Below the pieces are notes generated by a model. It worked only from the letters and a program-made list of their open reading frames with translations. It was not told the DNA's origin and did not search any database. Shown piece by piece: positions 38,460 through 47,242 of a stretch of 64,000 nt of DNA. Each line of letters starts with the position of its first letter. The stretch's first letter is position 1. The translations under genes were made by a program, and so were the position numbers. Source of the stretch: an uncultured Clostridia bacterium (GTDB lineage: Bacteria; Bacillota; Clostridia; Christensenellales; UBA3700); NCBI GenBank assembly GCA_945992255.1, contig CAMFVQ010000010.1, forward strand, positions 1,431 to 65,430, read 5' to 3'.

Positions 38460-38651
38460 ATGAAAAAATATACCTGTCATAGAGATTGTGGCGGATATAA
38501 TATAGGGCATAGCTGCTGTCATCGTCACTGTGATTGCAATCATTGCGGTAGAAGTTTTGACCTGAATCAAATGATTTTGCTTATGCTCATATCGTGCTGT
38601 TGTCAGCAAAATATGCCAAATAATACCCCTACTACAACCAAAAAATATTGA
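38460..38651 (+). CDS. small Cys/His-rich protein (63 aa), unknown function
   Basis: AAGGAG RBS 5 nt before the ATG; 10 Cys and 6 His (CHRDCGG..HSCCHRHCDCNHCG..SCCC); followed by a hairpin plus T run. Confidence 0.55.
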   Translation: MKKYTCHRDCGGYNIGHSCCHRHCDCNHCGRSFDLNQMILLMLISCCCQQNMPNNTPTTTKKY

Positions 38652-38688
38652 GGGAGCTGAGGCTCTCTCTTTTTGTAAAACAGCCAAA

Positions 38689-38705
38689 AACTCGATACAT
38701 ATCGA
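38689..38705 (+). repeat. 17-nt intergenic repeat AACTCGATACATATCGA, copy B
   Basis: Exact 17-mer just downstream of the small-protein terminator. Confidence 0.9.
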
Positions 38706-38749
38706 TAAAAATGCAAAAAATGTTTGCACTTATGCAAGAATTTTGGTTG

Positions 38750-38778
38750 TTGCAAAACGATATATTTTATTGTATAAT
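38750..38778 (+). promoter_or_regulatory. sigma-A-type promoter, -10 box ends 6 nt before the ATG
   Basis: TTGCAA-17-TATAAT, then TAGATT, then ATG 38785; no SD. Confidence 0.5.
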
Positions 38779-38784
38779 TAGATT

Positions 38785-39960
38785 ATGCGCAAGGAAAAGC
38801 AACTGCACAGTTATGAATATTATAAGAATGTTTTGTCACTGATATATTTATTGTTGGCGGCAAGTGTACTTGTTTTGGTGAGTTGTACAATTTTTCTTGT
38901 GTCTACCAATGCAGAGATTGCCGAAAAGATGACAAGGCATTGGTCGCTTGCATGGACTAGTGGAATGGGCAAACTTATTTCGCTGGCACGTTTTAGCATA
39001 TTCGAGTGGGTGTGTTTCGTGCTTGTCTGCGTTGGAATTGGCTTGATAGTTTGGGCGATTGTACTTGCTTGTCAAAAGCAATCTTTCAAAGCTGGTAAAG
39101 TTTTGTGTAGCATATTGGTGGCAATCGTGAGTGTGGTAACAATCTATGTATCCACGACCTCAATTTGCTACAATCGTGCAGCTCTGCCGTTCGAGTTGGT
39201 CGAAAGCAAACAAATAGATAAACAAATGGTGGCTAAGTCTGTCGAGAATTTTTTTGCAGAGTTTGAATTGACTGCAAGCAAAGTACAAAAAGATGACAAG
39301 GGGCGATCCGTTTCCCCCTATACATTCCAAGAATTGTCGCAGAAAATCAAAGAAGAGTATTCCAAACTTGACAAGGAATATTTTGGGGATTTTACTTCCA
39401 CCGCCAAGCCTATTGTGTTCGACAAAATTATGAGTCATTGCAATATTTTGGGCATAACTTTTGTGCCGTTTGGCGAAGCCAATATCAATGATCTTGCACC
39501 CATGACCGACATCGTGCCAACGATGATACACGAGCTAGCTCATACCAAGTGCGTGATGCGAGAGAGCGATGCCAACTTCATAAGTGTGTATATTTTGCTT
39601 AGCAGCGATGATGACTATCTTAGATATTGCGGATATTATTATTCTTATACTTATCTCCAACAAGCTTTGGTTTACAGTGGTAACTATGACTTGCTGAAGA
39701 GTTTGAGGTTGCCTAATGTTGCTGTTGCCGATAGACAGGCAGAAAAAGAATTTTGGCAACAATACAATTTTTTTACTAATATAAGCAACTTTTTCAATGA
39801 TATATATTTGAAAATGAATGGACAAAGCGGTGTTGGCAGTTATTTTGAGAACAACAAAGGCGACCAAGTTGGCGTAGACAAGGACAACCGCCCAATATTT
39901 GCCAATGTGGAATATACGCTTATCCAAAGATTTATTATAGGAAAATATGCCCAAAAGTGA
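38785..39960 (+). CDS. DUF3810-family membrane protein with HExxH metalloprotease-like motif
   Basis: N-terminal TM helices; MIHELAHTK motif; overall DUF3810-like layout. Confidence 0.7.
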   Translation: MRKEKQLHSYEYYKNVLSLIYLLLAASVLVLVSCTIFLVSTNAEIAEKMTRHWSLAWTSGMGKLISLARFSIFEWVCFVLVCVGIGLIVWAIVLACQKQSFKAGKVLCSILVAIVSVVTIYVSTTSICYNRAALPFELVESKQIDKQMVAKSVENFFAEFELTASKVQKDDKGRSVSPYTFQELSQKIKEEYSKLDKEYFGDFTSTAKPIVFDKIMSHCNILGITFVPFGEANINDLAPMTDIVPTMIHELAHTKCVMRESDANFISVYILLSSDDDYLRYCGYYYSYTYLQQALVYSGNYDLLKSLRLPNVAVADRQAEKEFWQQYNFFTNISNFFNDIYLKMNGQSGVGSYFENNKGDQVGVDKDNRPIFANVEYTLIQRFIIGKYAQK

Positions 39961-40025
39961 AATCACTAGTTTTTGGTAGAATAATTGTCATTTTTGCAAA
40001 AAAATATAGCCTACAAAAAAAATTC

Positions 40026-40054
40026 TTGACAAAGCAAAAAATGTGTTATAGAAT
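40026..40054 (+). promoter_or_regulatory. sigma-A-type promoter of the leuA T-box leader
   Basis: TTGACA-17-TAGAAT. Confidence 0.55.
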
Positions 40055-40061
40055 ATACCCA

Positions 40062-40290
40062 AATACAAAAACTGTGAAAAGAAGTAGTAGCATCGAAATG
40101 GGAACAAGAGAGCTGTCGGTTGGTGCAAGATAGCCAAGTGGAAATGTGAACTCGTCTTGGAGTTGCCAAATTGAAACAAGTAGGTTTGGTCGGATAAGCC
40201 CGTTATAGCTATCGAGTGTATATTGCATTGCAATATGAATTAGAGTGGTAACGCGAACTTTCGTCTCTATGTGTGACGGAAGTTTTTTTT
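40062..40290 (+). promoter_or_regulatory. T-box leader (tRNA-sensing riboswitch), probable Leu specifier CUC
   Basis: AGAGAG and GGTGCAA stem I elements. Candidate specifier GAA-CTC-G at 40151-40153. T-box sequence AATTAGAGTGGTAACGCG at 40238-40255. The terminator at 40257-40290 has a 9-bp stem plus T8 and overlaps the antiterminator region. Confidence 0.8.
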
Positions 40291-40313
40291 ATAAAAAAAT
40301 AAGGAGATGTAGT

Positions 40314-41975
40314 ATGAAAAACTGTAACAAATATGCACGTGGCTACTTTATGCCACCCACTAGTTGTAGAGATTGGACAACCAAAGAGTACGTTGACAAA
40401 GCACCTGCTTGGTGTAGTGTCGACCTAAGAGATGGCAATCAAGCCCTCATTGTTCCTATGAGTTTGGAACAAAAGTTAGAGTTTTTCAAGCTACTATGCG
40501 ATGTTGGCTTCAAAGAAATTGAAGTAGGATTCCCTGCTGCAAGTGAGACAGAATACGAGTTTTTGAGGACACTTATCGAGAAAAATCTTATCCCTGATGA
40601 TGTGACAGTCCAAGTGCTTACCCAATCAAGAGAGCATATCATCAAAAAGACTTTCGAGGCGTTGAGCGGTGTCAAACAAGCTGTTGTTCACCTCTACAAT
40701 TCTACTTCCGTAGCCCAAAGAGAACAAGTTTTCAAAAAGTCAAAGCAAGAAATCATTGATATTGCCAAGTTTGGTGCCAATCTTTGTAAAGAGTATGCTG
40801 CCAAGACCCCGGGCAAATTTATGTTCGAGTATTCTCCAGAGAGCTTCACAGGAACAGAGGTTGACTATGCGCTTGAAGTGTGCAACGAAGTCATTGATAT
40901 TTGGCAACCAACAGCTGACAACAAAGTCATCATCAACTTGCCTGTCACTGTCGAAATGTCACTTCCTCACGTATATGCTTCTCAGGTTGAGTTCATGTCC
41001 AAAAATCTCAAAAACAGAGAAAATGTCATCATATCTTTGCACCCACACAACGACAGAGGTTGTGCTATCGCAGACAGCGAGTTGGGACTTTTGGCAGGAG
41101 GCGATCGTATTGAAGGTACTTTGTTCGGCAATGGCGAGCGTACTGGCAATGTGGATATTATCACCTTAGCGCTCAATATGTACAGCCACGGTGTTGACCC
41201 ACAACTTGACTTTTCCAACATTCCTGCACTTGTCGAAGTGTACGAAAAGGTTACCAATATGAAAGTTTATGACCGCCAACCATACAGTGGAGCATTAGTG
41301 TTTGCTGCATTCTCTGGTTCTCACCAAGATGCAATCGCCAAGGGTATGAAGTGGAAAGAAGAAAAATGCCCAGAGCATTGGTGCGTGCCTTATCTTCCAA
41401 TCGACCCAAAGGATATTGGCAGAGAATATGACGGAGATGTTATCCGTATCAATTCCCAATCAGGAAAGGGCGGTATCGGCTATCTTATGGAACACCAATT
41501 CGGATTCAATCTTCCACAAAAAATGCGAGAAGGCTTTGGATACGAAGTCAAGAATGTGTCCGACCACAGCCACAAGGAACTTCAACCAAACGAGATTTTC
41601 GATATATTCCAGAACAATTATGTCAACATTGCCGATGTGTTCAAGATTTTTGAATATCACTTCAAGCAAAAAGGCGATATTGAAGCTATCGTGACTGCTC
41701 AGATGAGAGATGGCGATATTGTAGATGTCGAAGGAGAAGGCAATGGCCGTTTGGACGCTGTCAACAACGCAATCCGCCCACTCATACACAAAGACTATAT
41801 TATCAGCGAATATCACGAGCATGCTTTGACCACCACTTCCAAGTCGCAAGCTGTTGCTTATGTATGTATTGAATATGATCAAGGCAAAAAGATATGGGGC
41901 GTAGGTATTCACAACGATATTATTGCCGCTTCAGTTTCGGCACTTGTGAGTGCAATTAACAAAATGCTAAAATAA
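40314..41975 (+). CDS. leuA: 2-isopropylmalate synthase (long form)
   Basis: APAWCSVDLRDGNQAL and HPHNDRGCA motifs; AAGGAG RBS; about 553 aa with a regulatory C-terminal domain. Confidence 0.92.
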   Translation: MKNCNKYARGYFMPPTSCRDWTTKEYVDKAPAWCSVDLRDGNQALIVPMSLEQKLEFFKLLCDVGFKEIEVGFPAASETEYEFLRTLIEKNLIPDDVTVQVLTQSREHIIKKTFEALSGVKQAVVHLYNSTSVAQREQVFKKSKQEIIDIAKFGANLCKEYAAKTPGKFMFEYSPESFTGTEVDYALEVCNEVIDIWQPTADNKVIINLPVTVEMSLPHVYASQVEFMSKNLKNRENVIISLHPHNDRGCAIADSELGLLAGGDRIEGTLFGNGERTGNVDIITLALNMYSHGVDPQLDFSNIPALVEVYEKVTNMKVYDRQPYSGALVFAAFSGSHQDAIAKGMKWKEEKCPEHWCVPYLPIDPKDIGREYDGDVIRINSQSGKGGIGYLMEHQFGFNLPQKMREGFGYEVKNVSDHSHKELQPNEIFDIFQNNYVNIADVFKIFEYHFKQKGDIEAIVTAQMRDGDIVDVEGEGNGRLDAVNNAIRPLIHKDYIISEYHEHALTTTSKSQAVAYVCIEYDQGKKIWGVGIHNDIIAASVSALVSAINKMLK

Positions 41976-41998
41976 TCCAATATAAAATACAACCAATT

Positions 41999-42022
41999 AA
42001 GAAGTCGCAAGGCTTCTTTTTT
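41999..42022 (+). terminator. rho-independent terminator
   Basis: AAGAAG-TCGCAAGG-CTTCTT followed by TTTT. Confidence 0.6.
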
Positions 42023-42158
42023 GGTGGACAAAACCCAAAAACAAATCTAAAATTGATATAATAATTATAATATTATTTTTTACATAAATAGGGTACAACA
42101 CCGACAAAATACCGCACAATTTTTTGCAAAAAAAATTGAAAATAAGCCCTTAAAACAC

Positions 42159-42187
42159 TAGACATACAGCAGGCGTGGGCGTATAAT
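42159..42187 (+). promoter_or_regulatory. putative sigma-A promoter of the MATE gene
   Basis: TAGACA-17-TATAAT. Confidence 0.4.
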
Positions 42188-42225
42188 CAGTGTAATGTAA
42201 GTGGGGACATACAGGGAAGTGCTTT

Positions 42226-43677
42226 ATGGAAAAGACGAAAGACAAATCGCAAATCTTATTGCAAGGAAACCCATTTTGGAATTTACTTATTTTTTCTATT
42301 CCGTTCATTATTGGTGACTTTTGTCAACAAATGTACAATGCTATTGACAGTATGATAGTGGGCAATGTCGTAGGCGAAAATGCCTTGGCAGCTTTGGGTG
42401 TAGCCAACCCTATAATGTCCATAATTATTTTCTTACTTATGGGGCTTTCAATGGGCGCAGGTGTAGTCATCAGCCAACATTATGGAGCAGAAGACTTTGC
42501 CAACATCAAGAAGATTATGTCCACAGCTTTGATACTAGGCAGTATCATCACAGTGGTACTGTGTGCATTGTGTATAGCGTTCACCAAACCTATTCTATTG
42601 CTACTTCATACACCTACCGAACTTATCAAAGACACCACCGATTATCTATACATAATTTATGCAGGCGGAATATTCTGCTATCTCTACAACTTCTATTGCT
42701 ATGCTCTCAGAAGCATAGGAAAATCAAGTTTGCCACTCATATTTCTTTTGCTCTCAGTAGCAATCAACGCAGGACTTGACCTACTCTTTGTGATAGTGTT
42801 CAAATGGGGAGTAAGGGGGGCAGGATTTGCAACAATCATAGCCCAATTCGTATCAGTAGTTGCATGTATGATATACACCTATGTCAAGATTGATATGCTA
42901 AAACTCGGCTTCAAAGATTTGACCATATCCAAGCGATATATAAGACCTGTATTGAGTTATGGTATGACTTTTGCTATCCAACAAGTATATGTTTATGTGG
43001 GTAGAGTGATGATTCAAGGACTTGTCAACTCATACAATGCGACAGTCATTGCAGGTATCAACACCAGTTACAAAGTAGACAGCATTTTGCAAACTCCAGT
43101 CAGAGGATATACCAACGCATTCACCACTTTTACCGCTCAGAATATGGGTAAAGGACAACTCAGTCGAATAAAGCAAGGCTACAACCTATCTTGGATATTC
43201 TTGACGATATATTCGCTCATCACTTGGCTTGTGGGATACTTTGGTGCAGAGTTCTTGTCAGGATTGTTTGTCGGAGAAGAAAGCGCAGGTGTTATCCAAG
43301 TAGGTGCAGATGCAATCAAGGCAATTTCGGTAGCATATATATTCACGATTTTGATACTCCAATCCCAAGCTTTGTTCAAAGGAATGGGAATGCTCAAAAC
43401 ATTCTTTGCAGTAACTATAATGTCCATAACTTCAAGAGTTGGATTTAGTTATCTGCTCGAGCATTTTATGGGACTGAAAGGTATATATTGGGCAGTGCCA
43501 TCAAGTTGGTTTGTGGGCGGTATGACAGGACTTGTTGCCACGATTGCAGTATTCTTGACCAAGCTCAAAACGCCAAAGGAAGCTGTAAGCGCTGTGGGTG
43601 GGAAAATCTCAGATTTAGAGCTAGAAGAAGAGTCGAACGCATGCGAGCTGGAAGTCGATGATGTAGCCCCAAACTAA
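42226..43677 (+). CDS. MATE family efflux transporter
   Basis: 483 aa, 12 TM segments; N-terminal FSIPFIIGDFCQQMYNAIDSMIVG typical of MATE proteins. Confidence 0.88.
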   Translation: MEKTKDKSQILLQGNPFWNLLIFSIPFIIGDFCQQMYNAIDSMIVGNVVGENALAALGVANPIMSIIIFLLMGLSMGAGVVISQHYGAEDFANIKKIMSTALILGSIITVVLCALCIAFTKPILLLLHTPTELIKDTTDYLYIIYAGGIFCYLYNFYCYALRSIGKSSLPLIFLLLSVAINAGLDLLFVIVFKWGVRGAGFATIIAQFVSVVACMIYTYVKIDMLKLGFKDLTISKRYIRPVLSYGMTFAIQQVYVYVGRVMIQGLVNSYNATVIAGINTSYKVDSILQTPVRGYTNAFTTFTAQNMGKGQLSRIKQGYNLSWIFLTIYSLITWLVGYFGAEFLSGLFVGEESAGVIQVGADAIKAISVAYIFTILILQSQALFKGMGMLKTFFAVTIMSITSRVGFSYLLEHFMGLKGIYWAVPSSWFVGGMTGLVATIAVFLTKLKTPKEAVSAVGGKISDLELEEESNACELEVDDVAPN

Positions 43678-43705
43678 AAACATAATTCAACATACAAACT
43701 ACAAG

Positions 43706-43733
43706 ATGCTCAGCTAGTCGCTGGGCATTTTTT
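43706..43733 (+). terminator. rho-independent terminator
   Basis: ATGCTCAGC/GCTGGGCAT stem (one G-U) followed by T6. Confidence 0.75.
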
Positions 43734-43838
43734 GTGCAAAATTAAATTAGTTTTGCCAAATGTAATCATTGCAAGATAGCCGATTTGTTTGATTGAAGCA
43801 TGGCAAACGATAATATTTTGCTTATTTTTTTATTTTTA

Positions 43839-43867
43839 TTGAAAAATTTAATTGTGCGTGTTATAGT
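43839..43867 (+). promoter_or_regulatory. putative sigma-A promoter of the aro operon
   Basis: TTGAAA-17-TATAGT; an alternative TATAAT lies at 43873-43878. Confidence 0.4.
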
Positions 43868-43895
43868 TATATTATAATGAAATTGTGAGATATCT

Positions 43896-44948
43896 ATGAG
43901 AAAAGTACACGTAAATCTAGGAAAAAATAGTTATGACATAATTGTGGAAAATGAGATACTTGCCAAAGCTGGTGAGCATATCCATTGTGCTGGCGGAAAA
44001 ATCTTTGTAGTCAGTGACACCAATGTTGCTCCACTTTATGCCAACACTTTGATAGACAGTTTGAACAAAGCTGGTTATGAATGCGAGCTTTACCTCATCA
44101 AGGCAGGCGAATTGTCTAAGAATATCCAAAGCATTTGCCCAATGTATGAAGCAATGTTGTCTTTTGGACTTACTCGCAAAGACTTAGTCATAGCACTAGG
44201 TGGCGGAGTTGTTGGTGACTTGACAGGGTTCGTTGCATCGACATATTTGAGGGGTGTGGACTTTGTTCAAATTCCGACATCATTGCTTGCTCAAGTCGAT
44301 TCTTCAGTTGGGGGCAAAGTTGCGGTAGACCTAGCTCAGGGTAAAAATCTTGTAGGAAGTTTTTTCCAACCAAAGGCTGTACTCATTGATACCGCTGTTT
44401 TGGCGACCTTGCCAGATAGTTTTTATATCGACGGCATGGCGGAAGTCATCAAGTATGGTTGCATACTCGACAAAGACTTGTTCGAGAAGCTTGACTCAAT
44501 CAAAGACAGAGCAAGTTTTATGGAGCAAGCCGAGGCTATTATAGCAAACTGTTGCCAGCTCAAAGCAAACATAGTTGAGCGTGATGAGTTGGACAAGGGT
44601 GACAGAATGTTGCTCAACTTTGGTCACACTTATGGACATGCTGTCGAGAAGTATTTCAACTTTGAGCGAGTGAGTCACGGGGTTGCGGTGGGCATAGGTA
44701 TGAGCGTGGTCACGCATTTAAGTGAAAAAGCAGGACTTACAGCGATTGGCAGTGCGGCAAGACTTGACAAAATTCTCACCCAATATGGTTTGGATACGCA
44801 CATTGAGGCCGATCAAGACGAGATTATTGCCAATATGGCAAACGACAAGAAAAACCTTGGAAAGGAGCTTGTCATTGTGCTTATCAGCGAGATAGGCAAA
44901 AGTTTTTTATATCCAACGACATCGGAGTTTTTTAGAGAATGCAAATAG
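43896..44948 (+). CDS. aroB: 3-dehydroquinate synthase
   Basis: GGGVVGDLTGFVASTYLRGVDFVQIPTSLLAQVDSSVGGK. Confidence 0.93.
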   Translation: MRKVHVNLGKNSYDIIVENEILAKAGEHIHCAGGKIFVVSDTNVAPLYANTLIDSLNKAGYECELYLIKAGELSKNIQSICPMYEAMLSFGLTRKDLVIALGGGVVGDLTGFVASTYLRGVDFVQIPTSLLAQVDSSVGGKVAVDLAQGKNLVGSFFQPKAVLIDTAVLATLPDSFYIDGMAEVIKYGCILDKDLFEKLDSIKDRASFMEQAEAIIANCCQLKANIVERDELDKGDRMLLNFGHTYGHAVEKYFNFERVSHGVAVGIGMSVVTHLSEKAGLTAIGSAARLDKILTQYGLDTHIEADQDEIIANMANDKKNLGKELVIVLISEIGKSFLYPTTSEFFRECK

Positions 44949-46180
44949 AATTGTTGCCGACAAAATTGAGTGGAGTGGTCCAAATACCGCCGTCCAAAAG
45001 CGATGCACATAGGGCGATTATTTGTGCAGCACTTTCGCAAGGAGTCAGCACGATTTTCGATGTTGCATTTTCCGATGATATAATTGCCACAATAGGCGCT
45101 ATGCGTGCTTTGGGGGCAAAAATCACCCAAGTAGAAGATAGGCTTGTTGTGCAAGGCATAAGTCAAAAAGTCCAATCCGACATAGAAATAAATTGTATAG
45201 AGTCAGGCTCAACGCTCAGGTTTTTGACAATGATAGCATCGGCGCTGTGCGAGGGCAAGATTCATTTTGTAGGCAAGGGCAAACTTGGCACTCGCCCTAT
45301 GGAAATTTTTGAAAATATCCTTGCAAGTCAAAACATATTGTACCAAAATGACAGCTTCAACAACAGTGACAACTTGCTTGATTTGTGGGTTGGCGGAGGT
45401 CTAAATTGCGGAAAGTTTTCGCTTAGGGGAGATGTCAGCAGTCAGTTTTTGAGCGGACTTTTGTTTGCTTGTCCGTTGCTTGGCGGTGACAGCGAGATAG
45501 AAATCACATCACCTATGCAGTCTGTCGGTTATGTTGACTTGACCCTCAACACATTGAGTAAGTTCGGCATTGTCGTACACAATGACAACTATCAAAAGTT
45601 TTTTATCCGTGGCAATCAACAATATCAAAGCCGTGACTATATTATCGAGGGTGACTATTCTCAGTCGGCGTTTTTCAAAGTTGCCAACCTCATTGGCAGT
45701 GAAATCGAGATATGCGGACTGAATGAGCATTCCTTGCAAGGCGACAGGGTTATAGATGACTTTTGCGACCAAATCAAAACTACCCCAAGTGACCAAACGT
45801 TGGTGCTTGATTGTGGGAATTGTCCTGATATTGTGCCAGTGTTGGCGGTGGGAGTTGCACTGAGAAAAGGCAAAACTCGCATAGTCAATATCGGCAGACT
45901 GAAAATCAAAGAATGTGACAGACTTGTGGCAACGTTCAGCGAGTTGAGTAAGTTGGGAGCAAAGGTCAGTATGGGACAAGATTGGTTGGAGTTCGAGGGT
46001 GTTGAGTCATTTGGTGGTGGCAAGGTAAGTTCGTTCAACGATCATCGTATGGCAATGGCTCTTGCCGTTGCGGCGACAAGGGCAACAAACCCAGTCATCA
46101 TTGACAACAAAGAATGTGTCAGCAAGTCTTATCCAGACTTTTGGCAAGTATATACCAGTGTGGGAGGAAAGATAAAATGA
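44939..46180 (+). CDS. aroA: 3-phosphoshikimate 1-carboxyvinyltransferase (EPSP synthase)
   Basis: PPSKSDAHRAII N-terminal motif; 413 aa two-domain pattern. Confidence 0.92.
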   Translation: MQIELLPTKLSGVVQIPPSKSDAHRAIICAALSQGVSTIFDVAFSDDIIATIGAMRALGAKITQVEDRLVVQGISQKVQSDIEINCIESGSTLRFLTMIASALCEGKIHFVGKGKLGTRPMEIFENILASQNILYQNDSFNNSDNLLDLWVGGGLNCGKFSLRGDVSSQFLSGLLFACPLLGGDSEIEITSPMQSVGYVDLTLNTLSKFGIVVHNDNYQKFFIRGNQQYQSRDYIIEGDYSQSAFFKVANLIGSEIEICGLNEHSLQGDRVIDDFCDQIKTTPSDQTLVLDCGNCPDIVPVLAVGVALRKGKTRIVNIGRLKIKECDRLVATFSELSKLGAKVSMGQDWLEFEGVESFGGGKVSSFNDHRMAMALAVAATRATNPVIIDNKECVSKSYPDFWQVYTSVGGKIK

Positions 46181-47241
46181 GCGGAATATGGGGAAGAAAA
46201 ATCGGATTGAGCATATTCGGAGAATCACACGGACAGGCGATTGGCATTACAATCAACGGACTTCCTAGCGGAGTTAGGCTTGATATGCAAGAGATAGAAT
46301 TCCAAATGGCTCGCAGAGCGCCGGGAGGAGAGTTTTCTACACCTCGCAAAGAGGCGGACAAGGTCGAGATAGTCAGTGGAATTTTGGACGGCAAAACAAC
46401 AGGGGCACCACTTACCGGCATTATCTACAATTCCAACACTCGCTCCAGTGATTACAACCAAGCCATACCTCGCCCAAGCCACAGCGATTGGGGCTACTAT
46501 GTCAAGACTCATGGCAACAACGACTATCGAGGCGGTGGACATTCTTCAGGCAGAATAACCGCTCCGCTTGTTTTTGCAGGAGCTATTTGCAGACAAATTT
46601 TGTCCCACAAGGGCATAGAGATTGGCAGTCATATTTTGGCGGTCAAGGACAATTATGACAAACGTTTTGGCATGGATATTACGCCTTGTATGCTAGATGA
46701 TTTGTCACATTCGGCATTTCCATTGCTCGATGAGAGAATGAAAGATATTATGCAAGAAACAATCCGTTCGGCTCAGCATAACGGCGACAGCGTGGGCGGA
46801 AAAATCCAATGTGCGGTGACAGGTATGCCGGCAGGTGTGGGTGACCCATTTTTCCATTCGATAGAAAGTGTGTTGTCTAGCTTGTTGTTTTCTGTGCCAG
46901 CTGTCAAGAGCGTAAGTTTTGGCGAAAGTCAAGATTTGAGTAGCAAGTATGGCTCAGAAGTCAACGATGAATTTTGTTATGTAGGTGACAAAATTGTCAC
47001 AACTACCAACAACAATGGCGGTATCCTAGGCGGTATCACCACAGGTATGCCGATTGTGTTTGAAGTGGTTATCAAACCAACGCCTTCTATTTTCAAGGAG
47101 CAAAATTCGGTGGATTTGAGCAAGAAAGAGAATTGCAAACTTAGTATACAAGGCAGACACGACCCTTGCATTTTGGTGAGGGCTTTGCCAGTGATTGAGG
47201 CGGCAGCAGCGATTGCTATGTTGGAGAGTTTGGGAGAATAG
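46177..47241 (+). CDS. aroC: chorismate synthase
   Basis: ATGA overlap with aroA; FGESHG and RPSHSD motifs. Confidence 0.92.
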   Translation: MSGIWGRKIGLSIFGESHGQAIGITINGLPSGVRLDMQEIEFQMARRAPGGEFSTPRKEADKVEIVSGILDGKTTGAPLTGIIYNSNTRSSDYNQAIPRPSHSDWGYYVKTHGNNDYRGGGHSSGRITAPLVFAGAICRQILSHKGIEIGSHILAVKDNYDKRFGMDITPCMLDDLSHSAFPLLDERMKDIMQETIRSAQHNGDSVGGKIQCAVTGMPAGVGDPFFHSIESVLSSLLFSVPAVKSVSFGESQDLSSKYGSEVNDEFCYVGDKIVTTTNNNGGILGGITTGMPIVFEVVIKPTPSIFKEQNSVDLSKKENCKLSIQGRHDPCILVRALPVIEAAAAIAMLESLGE

Positions 47242-47242
47242 T

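Noticed and set aside
38337-38729. A 130-aa minus-strand ORF overlapping the Cys-rich peptide gene
   Set aside because: It has no RBS. It overlaps the spoIVA 3' end and a plus-strand ORF that has a strong RBS and terminator. It is probably spurious.
39985-42145. Recurrent TTTTTGCAAAAA-type palindromes after terminators (for example near 39993, 42121 and 18478)
   Set aside because: They are short and degenerate, and such sequences are expected in AT-rich intergenic DNA where T runs of terminators abut A-rich promoter UP regions. They are not conserved beyond 6-8 nt.
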